A stretch of DNA of 59,998 bases, filler included, from an uncultured Methanosarcinales archaeon (GCA_964589485.1; 4 parts of 4 records of this genome joined end to end with filler, not necessarily neighbours in it), one strand, 5' to 3'. Positions 23,320 to 32,913 are shown, counted from the whole stretch's first letter. Numbers and translations are program-made. The notes: generated by a model from the letters alone, not told the origin.

Positions 23320-24164
23320 TCACCTTCGATTCAATAACTGAACTAAGTTCAATTACTTTATAAAAAACTGTACTAATTTGTTCAGTTTCTTGTTTCATAA
23401 TATTAGAATTTATATAAAGCACCTCAGAAAGTTGATTTATTTCTTCATAATATGACGCCTTAGCAATTTCTAAGTCTAATAAATTCAAAATATTTTTGTT
23501 GTTCGCTACATTAACACCTTTATCAATTCCTAATTTAGCCAAAGATCTAGCATATGCCAAATAATGTCCTTCTACTAAAGCAGCAGTTCTTTGAGCTTTT
23601 AAACTAGATTCACCTATCTTTATAGCTCTTTGAAAAAAATGTGCATAAACGTTATTAGACCAAGTACTAATACCTTCCTTATTAATTCTACCTTCAAAAG
23701 CAACCTTTACATAATTATCAACGCCGTATTCAGAGAACTTATTTAATGCAGTTATATCTGCGGCAATTTCAAGTAAACCTATTGCACCCCACTCACCACC
23801 ATCTACATAACTAAGTAAAAAAGGATCTTTTTTTAATTTTTGACTTAATACAGTTAAAGACTTTGCATGAGATAATTCATGAGCAATTATTTTTGGACTT
23901 GGAGCAAGTTTTATAGGAAAGGTTATTTTTTTAGAAGTAGGGTTATAAGTCCCTCTTAATTTTGGAGGAAAATCTTCAAATACAATTGATTTAACAGATC
24001 CTTCAGGAATATCAATTTTACGAATCATTTCACCTAAACTTATCAAAAAGTCATCATTTAAATCATTATATGGGATACCTTCAATATTAATACCTAATTT
24101 TCTTAAAAAGTTTAAAGCTTCTGCACCATTTTCGAAATTCTTTGATGTCTTAGCAAAATTTTTA
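23303..24164 (-). CDS. C-terminal 268-aa tip (HEXXH zincin-like) of the giant subtilase protein at 48951-54341
   Basis: Frame is open to the contig edge (KNFAKTSKNFENGAEALN-FLRKLG...ISLGEMIRK); 24110-24164 is identical to 48951-49005; AHELSH motif at ~23867-23884. Confidence 0.8.
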
Positions 24165-24264
24165 NNNNNNNNNNNNNNNNNNNNNNNNNNNNNNNNNNNN
24201 NNNNNNNNTTAATTAATTAANNNNNNNNNNNNNNNNNNNNNNNNNNNNNNNNNNNNNNNNNNNN
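24165..24264. other. artificial contig linker
   Basis: N run + TTAATTAATTAA + N run, 100 nt. Confidence 0.99.
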
Positions 24265-24389
24265 TTATATGTTTGTATTTTGTTAAATGCTTCTTGTACA
24301 TAATTTTCTCCAAATAATAAAATACCTTCTTGATGGGCTTTTTTAATTTCAGATATTTTTCTATTTTTAGATGCAGCTAGAATTCTCAT
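24265..24389 (-). CDS. yggS: YggS/PROSC family PLP-binding protein, 5' fragment
   Basis: MRILAASKNR...FGENYVQEA; ATGA overlap with the PfkB stop; cut by the contig edge. Confidence 0.85.
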
Positions 24390-25360
24390 AGTAAATGTTT
24401 AATGTCTATTTCTTTATTTAATCTTGCTCCAATTTGTTGTACTACTATACTTGCGGCATAACTTCCAATTTCACCACATTTTTCTAATGGGTGCTTGTTA
24501 CTTAATCCGAATAATACTCCTGCGGCATACATATCTCCTGCACCCGTGGTGTCGATAGCATTAACTGTAAAAGAATTTATTTTATGTACATTATCTTTAT
24601 CTTTAATCAAACTTCCTTTTTCTCCAAGTTTAATAATGGCAATGTCTGCAAATTTTGATAATTCTGTTAAAGCTTCTTCATTTTCTTGACCTGTAAATGC
24701 TTTTGCTTCTTCTTCGTTAACAAAAACTATATCTGCATATTTTTTAACAATTTCTTTTAAGTCATCTAAACACCTTTTGATTAAAGAGGGATCTGCTAAA
24801 TCAATAGAAATTTTAACATTATTTTGTTTTGCAATATCGAGCGCATGAAATGTAGCTTTTCTTAAATTAATATCTTCTAATTGATACCCAGTTAAATGTA
24901 AGTATTTACTTTTTTTAATATCATTTTCAAATACTTCTTCTTTTCTTAATTCAATACAAGATCCCAAATGAACTGCAAATGTTCTTTCATTGTCTGGGGT
25001 TATTAAACATATACATTTTCCAGTTACTCCATCAACTTTAACTAATTTAGATTTAACTTTTGACGATTCTAAAGTTTCTTCATAATATGCACCGTGTTCG
25101 TCATTTCCTACTTTACCGCAAAAAATAACATTTCCTCCTAATTTAGCAATTCCAGCTAAAGTATTTGCTGTTGAATCACCTGGTGATATTTTAATATCAT
25201 GATGGTTTATTTTTTTTAACATGGAATGTAGTTCATTTTGAGATAAAGGGTTGAATGTTCCTTTTTCTAAATTAAGGTCCATAATTAAATCGTCATTTAC
25301 TTTAAGAAGAAGGTCAATGAGTGGGTTGCCAATCCCACAAACATCGTGATTATTCTGCAT
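24386..25360 (-). CDS. PfkB family carbohydrate/adenosine kinase
   Basis: GIGNPLID, GKVGNDEHG, NEEEA and DTTGAGDMYAAG motifs. Confidence 0.92.
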   Translation of the reverse strand: MQNNHDVCGIGNPLIDLLLKVNDDLIMDLNLEKGTFNPLSQNELHSMLKKINHHDIKISPGDSTANTLAGIAKLGGNVIFCGKVGNDEHGAYYEETLESSKVKSKLVKVDGVTGKCICLITPDNERTFAVHLGSCIELRKEEVFENDIKKSKYLHLTGYQLEDINLRKATFHALDIAKQNNVKISIDLADPSLIKRCLDDLKEIVKKYADIVFVNEEEAKAFTGQENEEALTELSKFADIAIIKLGEKGSLIKDKDNVHKINSFTVNAIDTTGAGDMYAAGVLFGLSNKHPLEKCGEIGSYAASIVVQQIGARLNKEIDIKHLL

Positions 25361-25919
25361 CGTCTAAAAGTTCTTGTGCAGTTTCTCCTTCAGAATTATT
25401 TTCTTCAGGTGTACTTTCTTCTTCACTTGAATCTGATTCTTCATTATCTTCTGATGCTGATTCATCATTTGATTCTTCTTCAGGTGTAGTTTCTTCTTCA
25501 CTTGAATCAGATTCTTCATTATCTTCTGATGTTGATTCATCGTTTGATTCTTCTTCAGGTGTAGTTTCTTCTTCACTTGAATCTAATTCTTCTTCATCTT
25601 CTGATGTTGATTCATCATTTGATTCTTCTTCACTTGAATCTGACTCTTCATTATCTTCTGATGCAGGTTCGTCGTTTGGTTCTTCTTCATTTGAATCTGA
25701 TTCTGCCTCTGAACTACTTTCATCGCTAGATTCTTCTTCACTTGCATTAGAACTATCTTCATCACTAGATTCTTCTTCAGGTAAGTTTCCTTCTCCGATT
25801 GGATTATCAACATGACCTGTTTCTTCGTGTTGTGACTCTTCTTCTACATTGTTTGTTTCTTCGTTTGCTTCTTGGACTAATTCCTCAGCGCTTTGTTCAT
25901 TTTCTTCCATAATTATCAC
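25350..25919 (-). CDS. extremely acidic low-complexity repeat protein
   Basis: E/S/D/N-rich ORF with GGTGA SD; stop overlaps the PfkB start region. Confidence 0.75.
   Translation of the reverse strand: MIIMEENEQSAEELVQEANEETNNVEEESQHEETGHVDNPIGEGNLPEEESSDEDSSNASEEESSDESSSEAESDSNEEEPNDEPASEDNEESDSSEEESNDESTSEDEEELDSSEEETTPEEESNDESTSEDNEESDSSEEETTPEEESNDESASEDNEESDSSEEESTPEENNSEGETAQELLDDAE
25405..25690. repeat. coding tandem repeat, ~75-nt unit x3 plus a shorter degenerate copy
   Basis: Unit encodes EEESNDES(T/A)SED(N/E)EE(S/L)DSSEEE(T/S)TP; boundaries approximate. Confidence 0.85.
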
Positions 25920-25961
25920 CTATTGCTTGGGATTAACTACCTATATTAATATTTTTTGTTC

Positions 25962-26891
25962 TTACTTGTATATTTTTTTGAAAATTTCTAAGTATTTATT
26001 TGCAATTTCCTTATTTTTTAATATCAATATATTTTCATCATTATTAGTGTCTGCATTTTTGCTTGGGTTAAAACTACCTGTAATTACTGTTTCATTATCA
26101 ATAATAAAGACCTTATTGTGCATATTATACTTGTTATGATCCCATTTTACATCAATATTTTGAAATTTAAGTAAATCGTATTTGTTATATTTACTATTTT
26201 GGCTTTTTTCTAATACTCCTTTAATATTAACACCTTTTTTATGTTGTAAAACTAAACCTTTTGCAATTTTGTTGTGTGTAAAGCTAAATAACATAAAATA
26301 TATTTCTTTTTTTGCTAACATTATTTCATTATAAATTTTATTTCCACAATTATCTTCAGGGCAAAAATAATTTTTGATTTTTACATTATTAAATTCAAGT
26401 TTAGGGTATTTAGTAACCTTTCCTTCTCCAAATTCACCATTCCATAGCTCATTAAATTCATTTTGATAACTATTTGCTAATTTAATTGAAGGAATTACGA
26501 TAAAATTGTTATTATTAAATTCAGAACCTCTTGTAGTTGGATTAAAACTTCCTGTTATTACTTTTTTTCCATCTATAATACAAAATTTATTATGTGTATA
26601 TTGTTTTTTAGTATCAAATTTAATTTTCCCGTTAAATTCAAATTTATTGTTGTTATCTACAATGAGCCTTGAATTTTTATTTTCTAATGCTTTAATTACA
26701 TTTTTTAAGTTTATATCAAAAAATGTACAATCTATATATTTTTTAGATAACTCTATTTCTTTAATCAAATTATTTTCACAGTTATCTGGACAGAAATATA
26801 TTTTAATTTCTTCTTTATTTTTTTCACTATATTCTATTTCAATTGGTGTTGTACATCCTAAAATAAAGAAGAAGATTAATAAAAATCTCAT
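25962..26891 (-). CDS. phospholipase D family protein with two HKD motifs, probable lipoprotein
   Basis: HNKFCIID..ITGSFN and HNKVFIID..ITGSFN; lipobox-like ILGC. Confidence 0.9.
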   Translation of the reverse strand: MRFLLIFFFILGCTTPIEIEYSEKNKEEIKIYFCPDNCENNLIKEIELSKKYIDCTFFDINLKNVIKALENKNSRLIVDNNNKFEFNGKIKFDTKKQYTHNKFCIIDGKKVITGSFNPTTRGSEFNNNNFIVIPSIKLANSYQNEFNELWNGEFGEGKVTKYPKLEFNNVKIKNYFCPEDNCGNKIYNEIMLAKKEIYFMLFSFTHNKIAKGLVLQHKKGVNIKGVLEKSQNSKYNKYDLLKFQNIDVKWDHNKYNMHNKVFIIDNETVITGSFNPSKNADTNNDENILILKNKEIANKYLEIFKKIYK

Positions 26892-27430
26892 TTTTTAAGA
26901 GTTAAATCAATATACCCTTTTAACCCTTCGTGCGGAATCACAATGTCCTTAATTTTTCTCCAGAATTTTAATTTCCAAAATTTAGGAAAAAATGCAGGAA
27001 CTTCTTTCATGTAATCTAAATATTCTTCTCTGAAAATATAAATTAAATACTTTTCTTCATTTCCAATAATTAAATAATACATAACTAATACAACGATGGT
27101 TGATGAAAGAATATTGGAGTCTTTCATAAAAAAAGCTATACTGGGATAAAAACAGAAAATTATTGCTGCATACATAGGGTGTCTTACAAATTCATATACT
27201 CCTTTTCTAGATAAAACCCTTGATCTCTTTTCAAATGGTAAACTTTTTTTTGCATTTTTCCAAATAATAATTCCTAATATGAACAATGCTGTTCCTATAA
27301 AATAAGCTTTAATATTGCTTATTGTTATAGTTACATTTCCGCTTAATGTTTTTACAAGAATAAATATGGCTATTGTGAGGCTTATTCCTAATATACTAAT
27401 TCCGTATTTTTCTTTTAATTTATCTACCAT
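26888..27430 (-). CDS. isoprenylcysteine/phospholipid methyltransferase (ICMT/PEMT) family membrane protein
   Basis: GVYEFVRHPMY and EEKYL...EEYLDYMKEVPAFFP motifs. Confidence 0.88.
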   Translation of the reverse strand: MVDKLKEKYGISILGISLTIAIFILVKTLSGNVTITISNIKAYFIGTALFILGIIIWKNAKKSLPFEKRSRVLSRKGVYEFVRHPMYAAIIFCFYPSIAFFMKDSNILSSTIVVLVMYYLIIGNEEKYLIYIFREEYLDYMKEVPAFFPKFWKLKFWRKIKDIVIPHEGLKGYIDLTLKK

Positions 27431-27843
27431 TTTACTTTTGCAAAGCTATGTTTAGTTCCTTGGTGTTTTTCTTCTAATTTATTTATGAACTTGTCAATAT
27501 CATCTTCCTTTCTTTTAAATTTTCTAGATTTTAATTCTTTTTCAAGGCAAACGTCAAATATATTTGTGTATTTTAAATTTTCATGTTTATTTTCAAAAAA
27601 GAAACGAAGTTTAGAATTTAAGCTATCTTCTAAACAACCGTCTTTTATGATTTTGTTAATTTTATATTTTTTGATAGTATTTCTTCTTATTTTTTGTCTA
27701 TTTATGATCTTAATTTTTGGATCTTTTACTATTTTATTTAGTAATTCATAGGACATTTCACCTATGGCTAATATGTTATCTCCTGGTTTGATTAATTTGT
27801 TAATTCTTATGTTTTTTCTGACCTTTCTTTCTACGTTGTTCAT
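27424..27843 (-). CDS. hypothetical protein resembling a shrunken TtuA/Ctu1 protein
   Basis: VERKVRKNIRINKLIKPGDNIL start and FINKLEEKHQGTK end resemble the family termini; no SGGKDS PP-loop. Confidence 0.5.
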   Translation of the reverse strand: MNNVERKVRKNIRINKLIKPGDNILAIGEMSYELLNKIVKDPKIKIINRQKIRRNTIKKYKINKIIKDGCLEDSLNSKLRFFFENKHENLKYTNIFDVCLEKELKSRKFKRKEDDIDKFINKLEEKHQGTKHSFAKVKW

Positions 27844-28061
27844 TCATGCAATTTTACATTGTTCATTTATAAAAATTGCGAAAAATCGGTTTTACCTACT
27901 ACTAAAAAGTAATCAACTATCCGTAAGATTTAAATAATTCTAATTCTTATTAAATTTTGATATTACTTAGGTCATATAACTAACTATCACCTCTTTTTCC
28001 CCAGGGGAATGTCTTTCGAGGCGTTTCCCAGGGGTTTTAATATTCTGTGTTAATATTAAGA

Positions 28062-29753
28062 TTATTTTTTGTTTCTTTTGAAGAAAATACCGATTATAAA
28101 ACCTAGAATTATTCCAATACCTACAAAAATAACTTCATTTGGTAAGTATAGTCTTATTTCGCTTTCTTTTGGTTTGAAATAGAGCTCTAAGTCACTTAAT
28201 TCTAGCGCATATTCGCCATAAAGAATACTAGAATAAAAATCTCCGTCATCTGCTAATGCTTTAGCATATTCCAAATAACTATACCCCACTATTGGAAAAA
28301 TGTTTTTATTTATTTTTTTTGCAATATTAAGCTCAATTACACTAAATTTATTGGTTATTAATTGAGAAACGTTCCTTACGCCAATGAAATTTAAAATACT
28401 GTTAATTTGAGCTTTTGCTTTAGATCCACGAAATAAACAAAGTTCAAAATTTTCATTTTTTAAATCTTCTTTAGCTTTTTCTAAATCTTTTCTTACATTT
28501 TCAGAATTAGGTAAGAATAAGTTAAGATATTGATATCTTTCTTCAGCCTCAGCAAGTTTTTGTATACAACTTTCATGCAAAACACTTTTTTTAAAATTAA
28601 ATTCCTTTCCTTCATGGGTAAGAAATTTACTCCAAGACTTTGCACTGTAAAGCCTTTCCTTAGCATATGCAAATTCTCTATAGTAACTTACATTTAATTT
28701 CTGTTTTGAAGATGCAAGAAGTAAATTTTCTCTTGCATCATTAATTCTTTCTTTTATTACCATATATGCTTGTAAATCAGTAATTGTTTTGTATCCTTTT
28801 TGTTCTATTAAATCTTCAAATACTTGTATTTCAGATTTCAATTGACTTATGTTTGAATTGTTATTTATTTGTGTAACTAATTCTTGAAATTTAACATTTG
28901 CCCCGAAACAAAAGCTAGCTGAAGAATAAAAATTGGAAGTTTTTTTTGCGTCTAATCCTTTTATTGTTAGATTGTTTGCTTCTTCAAGTTTAGAAAGGTT
29001 AGTATCAAATTTGTTTAATATACTAATATCATATTTAATTATTTCATTTCTCAAATATTTACTTTTATTACATAAACTGTGTGCAAGTGATTCCATTGTT
29101 TTCGAATAACTTTGATCAACTTTTATGATTTCTTCGTTAGGATATTTTATATTGGCAAATTCGAGAATTATTTCATTTAAGTCTTTAACTTCAATAACTT
29201 TAATTCCTAATTCTTCGCCATAATCTATTAGGTTTATGCTTTGATTCTGGTTACTTGTCCCTATTGGAATTAAAACTTTTTTAAGGTTACTTTTAGATGC
29301 AGCTTCAATTTTTTCTTTTATTCCGCTAACTGGTCCAATAAAGCCTCCCGAATTTATAGTCCCAGTTATTGCGACATTAGGATTAAAATTAAGGTCATCT
29401 AATACGATTATTGTTAATGCCGCTATTGCTGCGCTTCCGCTAGGACCTCCTATAATTGAAGAATCTGCTTTAATATTATAAAAAAAATTATATTGGTTAC
29501 AATTTCTGTCTAAAAAGTCACATGCAATTTCTTTTGCAAATCTACTGCTTATTTGAGTATCTATTTTAGAATAAGGGTAAGTATCGATGAAAACCTTTCC
29601 ATTTCCGTTTTCAATTTTTAATTCTAAATCTGCAATACTTCCTTTAAATATTCCATCTTTATCTTCAGATACCGCAAGTAATTTCATTGTAGTTGCTTCT
29701 GAATCCATAGGGATTAATAATAAGAATAAAAGTAGTATTATTGTTTGTTTCAT
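28062..29753 (-). CDS. secreted/membrane-anchored Lon-like S16 serine protease lacking the ATPase domain
   Basis: Signal peptide; IGGPSGSAA, ITGTINSGG.IGPVSGIKEKIEAA (Ser-Lys dyad); C-terminal TM. Confidence 0.85.
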   Translation of the reverse strand: MKQTIILLLFLLLIPMDSEATTMKLLAVSEDKDGIFKGSIADLELKIENGNGKVFIDTYPYSKIDTQISSRFAKEIACDFLDRNCNQYNFFYNIKADSSIIGGPSGSAAIAALTIIVLDDLNFNPNVAITGTINSGGFIGPVSGIKEKIEAASKSNLKKVLIPIGTSNQNQSINLIDYGEELGIKVIEVKDLNEIILEFANIKYPNEEIIKVDQSYSKTMESLAHSLCNKSKYLRNEIIKYDISILNKFDTNLSKLEEANNLTIKGLDAKKTSNFYSSASFCFGANVKFQELVTQINNNSNISQLKSEIQVFEDLIEQKGYKTITDLQAYMVIKERINDARENLLLASSKQKLNVSYYREFAYAKERLYSAKSWSKFLTHEGKEFNFKKSVLHESCIQKLAEAEERYQYLNLFLPNSENVRKDLEKAKEDLKNENFELCLFRGSKAKAQINSILNFIGVRNVSQLITNKFSVIELNIAKKINKNIFPIVGYSYLEYAKALADDGDFYSSILYGEYALELSDLELYFKPKESEIRLYLPNEVIFVGIGIILGFIIGIFFKRNKK

Positions 29754-29836
29754 GATTTAGACTATTTCATTGTAGTATTTAAAATTTAGCTAAAAAAATC
29801 AAAAGTAATTTAAATTATTGATTACATATTTTTTAT

Positions 29837-30379
29837 ATGGCTTTTTTTAATGAATTAATTAATCGATTTGAATTAATTTTAAATGCCCCATTTCAGGATT
29901 TATCAGTTTGGTGGGTTCTTTTTCCAGTAATTCTTTTTTGGATAACATTAGAATTATATTTTGGAAAACATAAATCGGAAGAACTTGGCTGGAATACAGC
30001 ATTAGGAAACGGAATATCATTAACTTGGATAACTTTAACACTTATGAAATTTTTATTTGATAATAGTCTTGAAAGATTTACTTGGCCTAAATTTATTTTA
30101 GTTTTTTTAATCATGGTTTATGGTTTTTTTATAGCATATATTTCGTTTATGCATAAATTTAAATCAAAAGTTACTTTTAAGTTAGCTTCACCATCGCCAG
30201 TATATTATTTAGCTTCTATTGCTATATTATGGAGTTATGGATCATTAATTATAGATTTTTATTTAGTTATAGCATTAATTTTGTTATATTTTATTATTTT
30301 AGGGTTATTAAAATTAATTAAAAAATTAATGCCGACTGCTGAAGAAGCTTATAAAGATACGTTTGGTGATTTAGTTTAA
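29837..30379 (+). CDS. multi-pass membrane protein
   Basis: About five hydrophobic helices; ELGWNTALGN segment. Confidence 0.75.
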   Translation: MAFFNELINRFELILNAPFQDLSVWWVLFPVILFWITLELYFGKHKSEELGWNTALGNGISLTWITLTLMKFLFDNSLERFTWPKFILVFLIMVYGFFIAYISFMHKFKSKVTFKLASPSPVYYLASIAILWSYGSLIIDFYLVIALILLYFIILGLLKLIKKLMPTAEEAYKDTFGDLV

Positions 30380-31327
30380 GATGTATACTTTATCATTTAT
30401 CAAAACTATTTCTACTTTTTGTCCTATTTTTTTATTTGTACTAATCTCGATAGGTTGAAAGGTTTTAGGATGTAATATTTTCGTAGTAGGTTTATCTTGA
30501 ATAATTTCGGTATTAAAAGTATCGTAGTTAATTAATTCATATTTAGTAATTTCAAATTTAACTTTTTTTTGAGATTTTAAATCAATTCCTATTATTTTTT
30601 TTCCTTTTATTGATACAACTTGTAAAATCATATCTTCAACTTGTATGATGTCATTTTTAGTAAAATCGGGTAATTTCACTAATGCATTTACTCTGTAAAG
30701 ATCTTTACTTGTTTGTTTGTTTCTTGAAAAAAGTTGTGCATTTATTTTTAACTCAATTCCAAATTCTTCAAAAGTTTTTCTAGCTAATTCTTGAACATAG
30801 TTTTTATCAGTAAGAAAATAATCAAATCCATTTTTTAATGAAACCATTTTATTGCAAAACACTTTGGTTTGTTTATTTAGTTTATTTATTATGAATTTAT
30901 GTGCTTTTATTCTATTATCAACATTATTACTTCTTATTTGTAATATTCCTTCAAAATATTGAGTTCCTTTTTTCCCACAACTTTTACAAGTTAAACTTTG
31001 ATTTATATATGGAATAACATATTTTTCTGTTTTTTTTTTTGATTCAAATTTCCCTTTAACAGTAATATGAATTTCTTTTTCATGGAGCTTTGCGTTAAAT
31101 TTTTCAATTTTCGCATTTTTGGAGAAAATTATTTTATCTTTGATTATTTTTATAATGTCTGTTTTTAAATATTTCCCGTTATGTTTAAATCTATGACACT
31201 CACTACAAGATTCAATTTTCATTTCTTTAAAAGCTTCTATTAACGAGTTTTCACTACTGTAACACTTTACGCAAATATTTTCTAAAAATTCTTGTGAAGT
31301 TTTTCCACATTTCGGACAATTATGCAT
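30371..31327 (-). CDS. nmd3: Nmd3 family ribosome biogenesis protein
   Basis: Four CxxC pairs and YFEGILQIR; likely start MHNCPKC at 31327. Confidence 0.88.
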   Translation of the reverse strand: MHNCPKCGKTSQEFLENICVKCYSSENSLIEAFKEMKIESCSECHRFKHNGKYLKTDIIKIIKDKIIFSKNAKIEKFNAKLHEKEIHITVKGKFESKKKTEKYVIPYINQSLTCKSCGKKGTQYFEGILQIRSNNVDNRIKAHKFIINKLNKQTKVFCNKMVSLKNGFDYFLTDKNYVQELARKTFEEFGIELKINAQLFSRNKQTSKDLYRVNALVKLPDFTKNDIIQVEDMILQVVSIKGKKIIGIDLKSQKKVKFEITKYELINYDTFNTEIIQDKPTTKILHPKTFQPIEISTNKKIGQKVEIVLINDKVYILN

Positions 31328-31379
31328 ATTTTGGTTAAAAAGCGTAACATTTATAATAATTTTCCTATATAAACAAGAT

Positions 31380-32006
31380 ATGCCTGTAATTGACAAATTA
31401 ATTAAGTTTTGGGATTTTGTTTGGAATGACGATAGTTGGTTAAGTTGGATAGTAAATATTGTTTTAGCTTTTATATTAATTAAGTTTATTGTATATCCTT
31501 TTTTAGGGTTAGTATTTGCTACAGATTTCCCAGTAGTTGCAGTTATAAGTGGAAGTATGGAACATGATGGAACATTTAATGAATGGTGGAATTCAGAAGC
31601 AATATGTGGAGTTAATCAATGTACTCAAAAAGAATATTATTCTGCATTTGGTATAGATAAAAATTCATTTCTTGATTTTTCATATTCTAATGGATTTAAC
31701 ACTGGAGATATAATGATTTTATATGGTACAGAAACGAAAAACCTAAAAGTAGGTGATATATTAGTTTTTAAAACGAATAGACCTGATCCTATTATTCATA
31801 GAATAATTTCAGTAGAAAATCAAGGAGATAAAGTTTTATTTCAAACAAAAGGAGATCATAACGTGAAATCTATCAAAAATAGAGAATTAGATGAAGTAGA
31901 AATTAGTGAAAATCAAATTATAGGTAAGGCAATTTTTCGTGTTCCTTATTTGGGGTATGTAAAAATTTTATTTGTTGAATTATTGAATCTTATTTGGAGG
32001 GTTTAA
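31380..32006 (+). CDS. sec11: archaeal signal peptidase I (Sec11/S26B)
   Basis: ISGSMEH, GDI, IIHRII and TKGDHN motifs. Confidence 0.92.
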   Translation: MPVIDKLIKFWDFVWNDDSWLSWIVNIVLAFILIKFIVYPFLGLVFATDFPVVAVISGSMEHDGTFNEWWNSEAICGVNQCTQKEYYSAFGIDKNSFLDFSYSNGFNTGDIMILYGTETKNLKVGDILVFKTNRPDPIIHRIISVENQGDKVLFQTKGDHNVKSIKNRELDEVEISENQIIGKAIFRVPYLGYVKILFVELLNLIWRV

Positions 32007-32008
32007 GA

Positions 32009-32332
32009 ATGGAATTTTGTGGTGAATGCGGGAGTATAATGTTGCTCAAAGGGGACGGTAAAAAAAAATATTTAGCTTGTGCTAGATGTAAATTTAAGAA
32101 AAAAGAAGTAACTGAATTTAAGTTATCTGAAGAAGTCAAAGTTAATGATGATTCTGAAGTAGAAGTAGTTGAGGGGAATGTTGAAACTCATCCTAAAGTT
32201 AAAAAAAACTGTTCTAAATGTAAATCCACTGAAGCTTATTTTTGGGCGATTCAAACCAGAGCAGGAGATGAACCTGAGACTGAATTTTATAAATGCGTAG
32301 AATGTAAACATCAATGGCGAGAGAATAATTAG
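32009..32332 (+). CDS. tfs: transcription factor S
   Basis: FCGECG, CSKC and QTRAGDEPETEFYKC..C; ATG at 32009 behind GGAGG. Confidence 0.94.
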   Translation: MEFCGECGSIMLLKGDGKKKYLACARCKFKKKEVTEFKLSEEVKVNDDSEVEVVEGNVETHPKVKKNCSKCKSTEAYFWAIQTRAGDEPETEFYKCVECKHQWRENN

Positions 32333-32913
32333 ATATTATAAATATTTGATAAATAATTAATTGATTCTGATTTATTGCATTTTTCAATTAACATAAGTAT
32401 TGAATCTTTAGCTGTGTAATTAATTTGAGTGTCTGAAATTGCAGATAAAGAAAAATATGATGTTGGTGCTAAACCAATTAATATAGGAATGAATGATTGA
32501 GTTATCAATCCTATGGTACTAAAAGTAGCAAAAGAACTTGCAGCTAAAATTGTTTTTTTAATAGAAGTTTTAACTAATTGTTCCATGCAATTTTTTAAAT
32601 CTGCATATTGAAATCCTTCTTCTTCACCATAAACATCAGGCAATCCAAATGAAACTTTATAACCTTCATCAGTAAACTCATATCCTTTTCTCCAACTAAT
32701 TATTAATTTACTATCTTCATCATGTATTATTTCTTCAACACCTGTTAAATTTCCGCTATGTGTTTCTTTTTTCCAAATTCTTTTTTTATTTTTTAATGTT
32801 TCTTCTATTTTTTCTAGTTTTAAATGGTGATAGCTACTATTATTACTAAAACATAACATTTTTATGCCGGACCTTAATTGGTGAAAATGGTTCGAAATAA
32901 TTGCCAACATCAC
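32329..32913 (-). CDS. hypothetical membrane protein
   Basis: 194-aa ORF with a C-terminal hydrophobic hairpin; start uncertain. Confidence 0.5.
   Translation of the reverse strand: MMLAIISNHFHQLRSGIKMLCFSNNSSYHHLKLEKIEETLKNKKRIWKKETHSGNLTGVEEIIHDEDSKLIISWRKGYEFTDEGYKVSFGLPDVYGEEEGFQYADLKNCMEQLVKTSIKKTILAASSFATFSTIGLITQSFIPILIGLAPTSYFSLSAISDTQINYTAKDSILMLIEKCNKSESINYLSNIYNI

Noticed and set aside
24110..24164. 55-nt direct repeat read as att sites or a biological duplication
   Set aside because: It sits at a contig end and has the same length as the second end overlap; assembler k-mer overlap is the simpler explanation.
24165..24264. TTAATTAATTAA palindrome repeated three times in the window
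   Set aside because: Always embedded in identical N runs; it is an artificial all-frame-stop linker.
25405..25690. Repeat array as a possible CRISPR
   Set aside because: In-frame coding tandem repeats with no unique spacers; no cas genes in the window.
25321..25815. Ser-rich plus-strand ORF and Lys/Gln-rich alternative frames
   Set aside because: Shadow frames of the acidic repeat gene, which has the SD and operon context.
27967..27975. Minus-strand SD + ATG-ACC-TAA mini-ORF as a gene or stop read-through case
   Set aside because: Only two codons, and read-through meets another stop within nine codons; other genes use standard stops.
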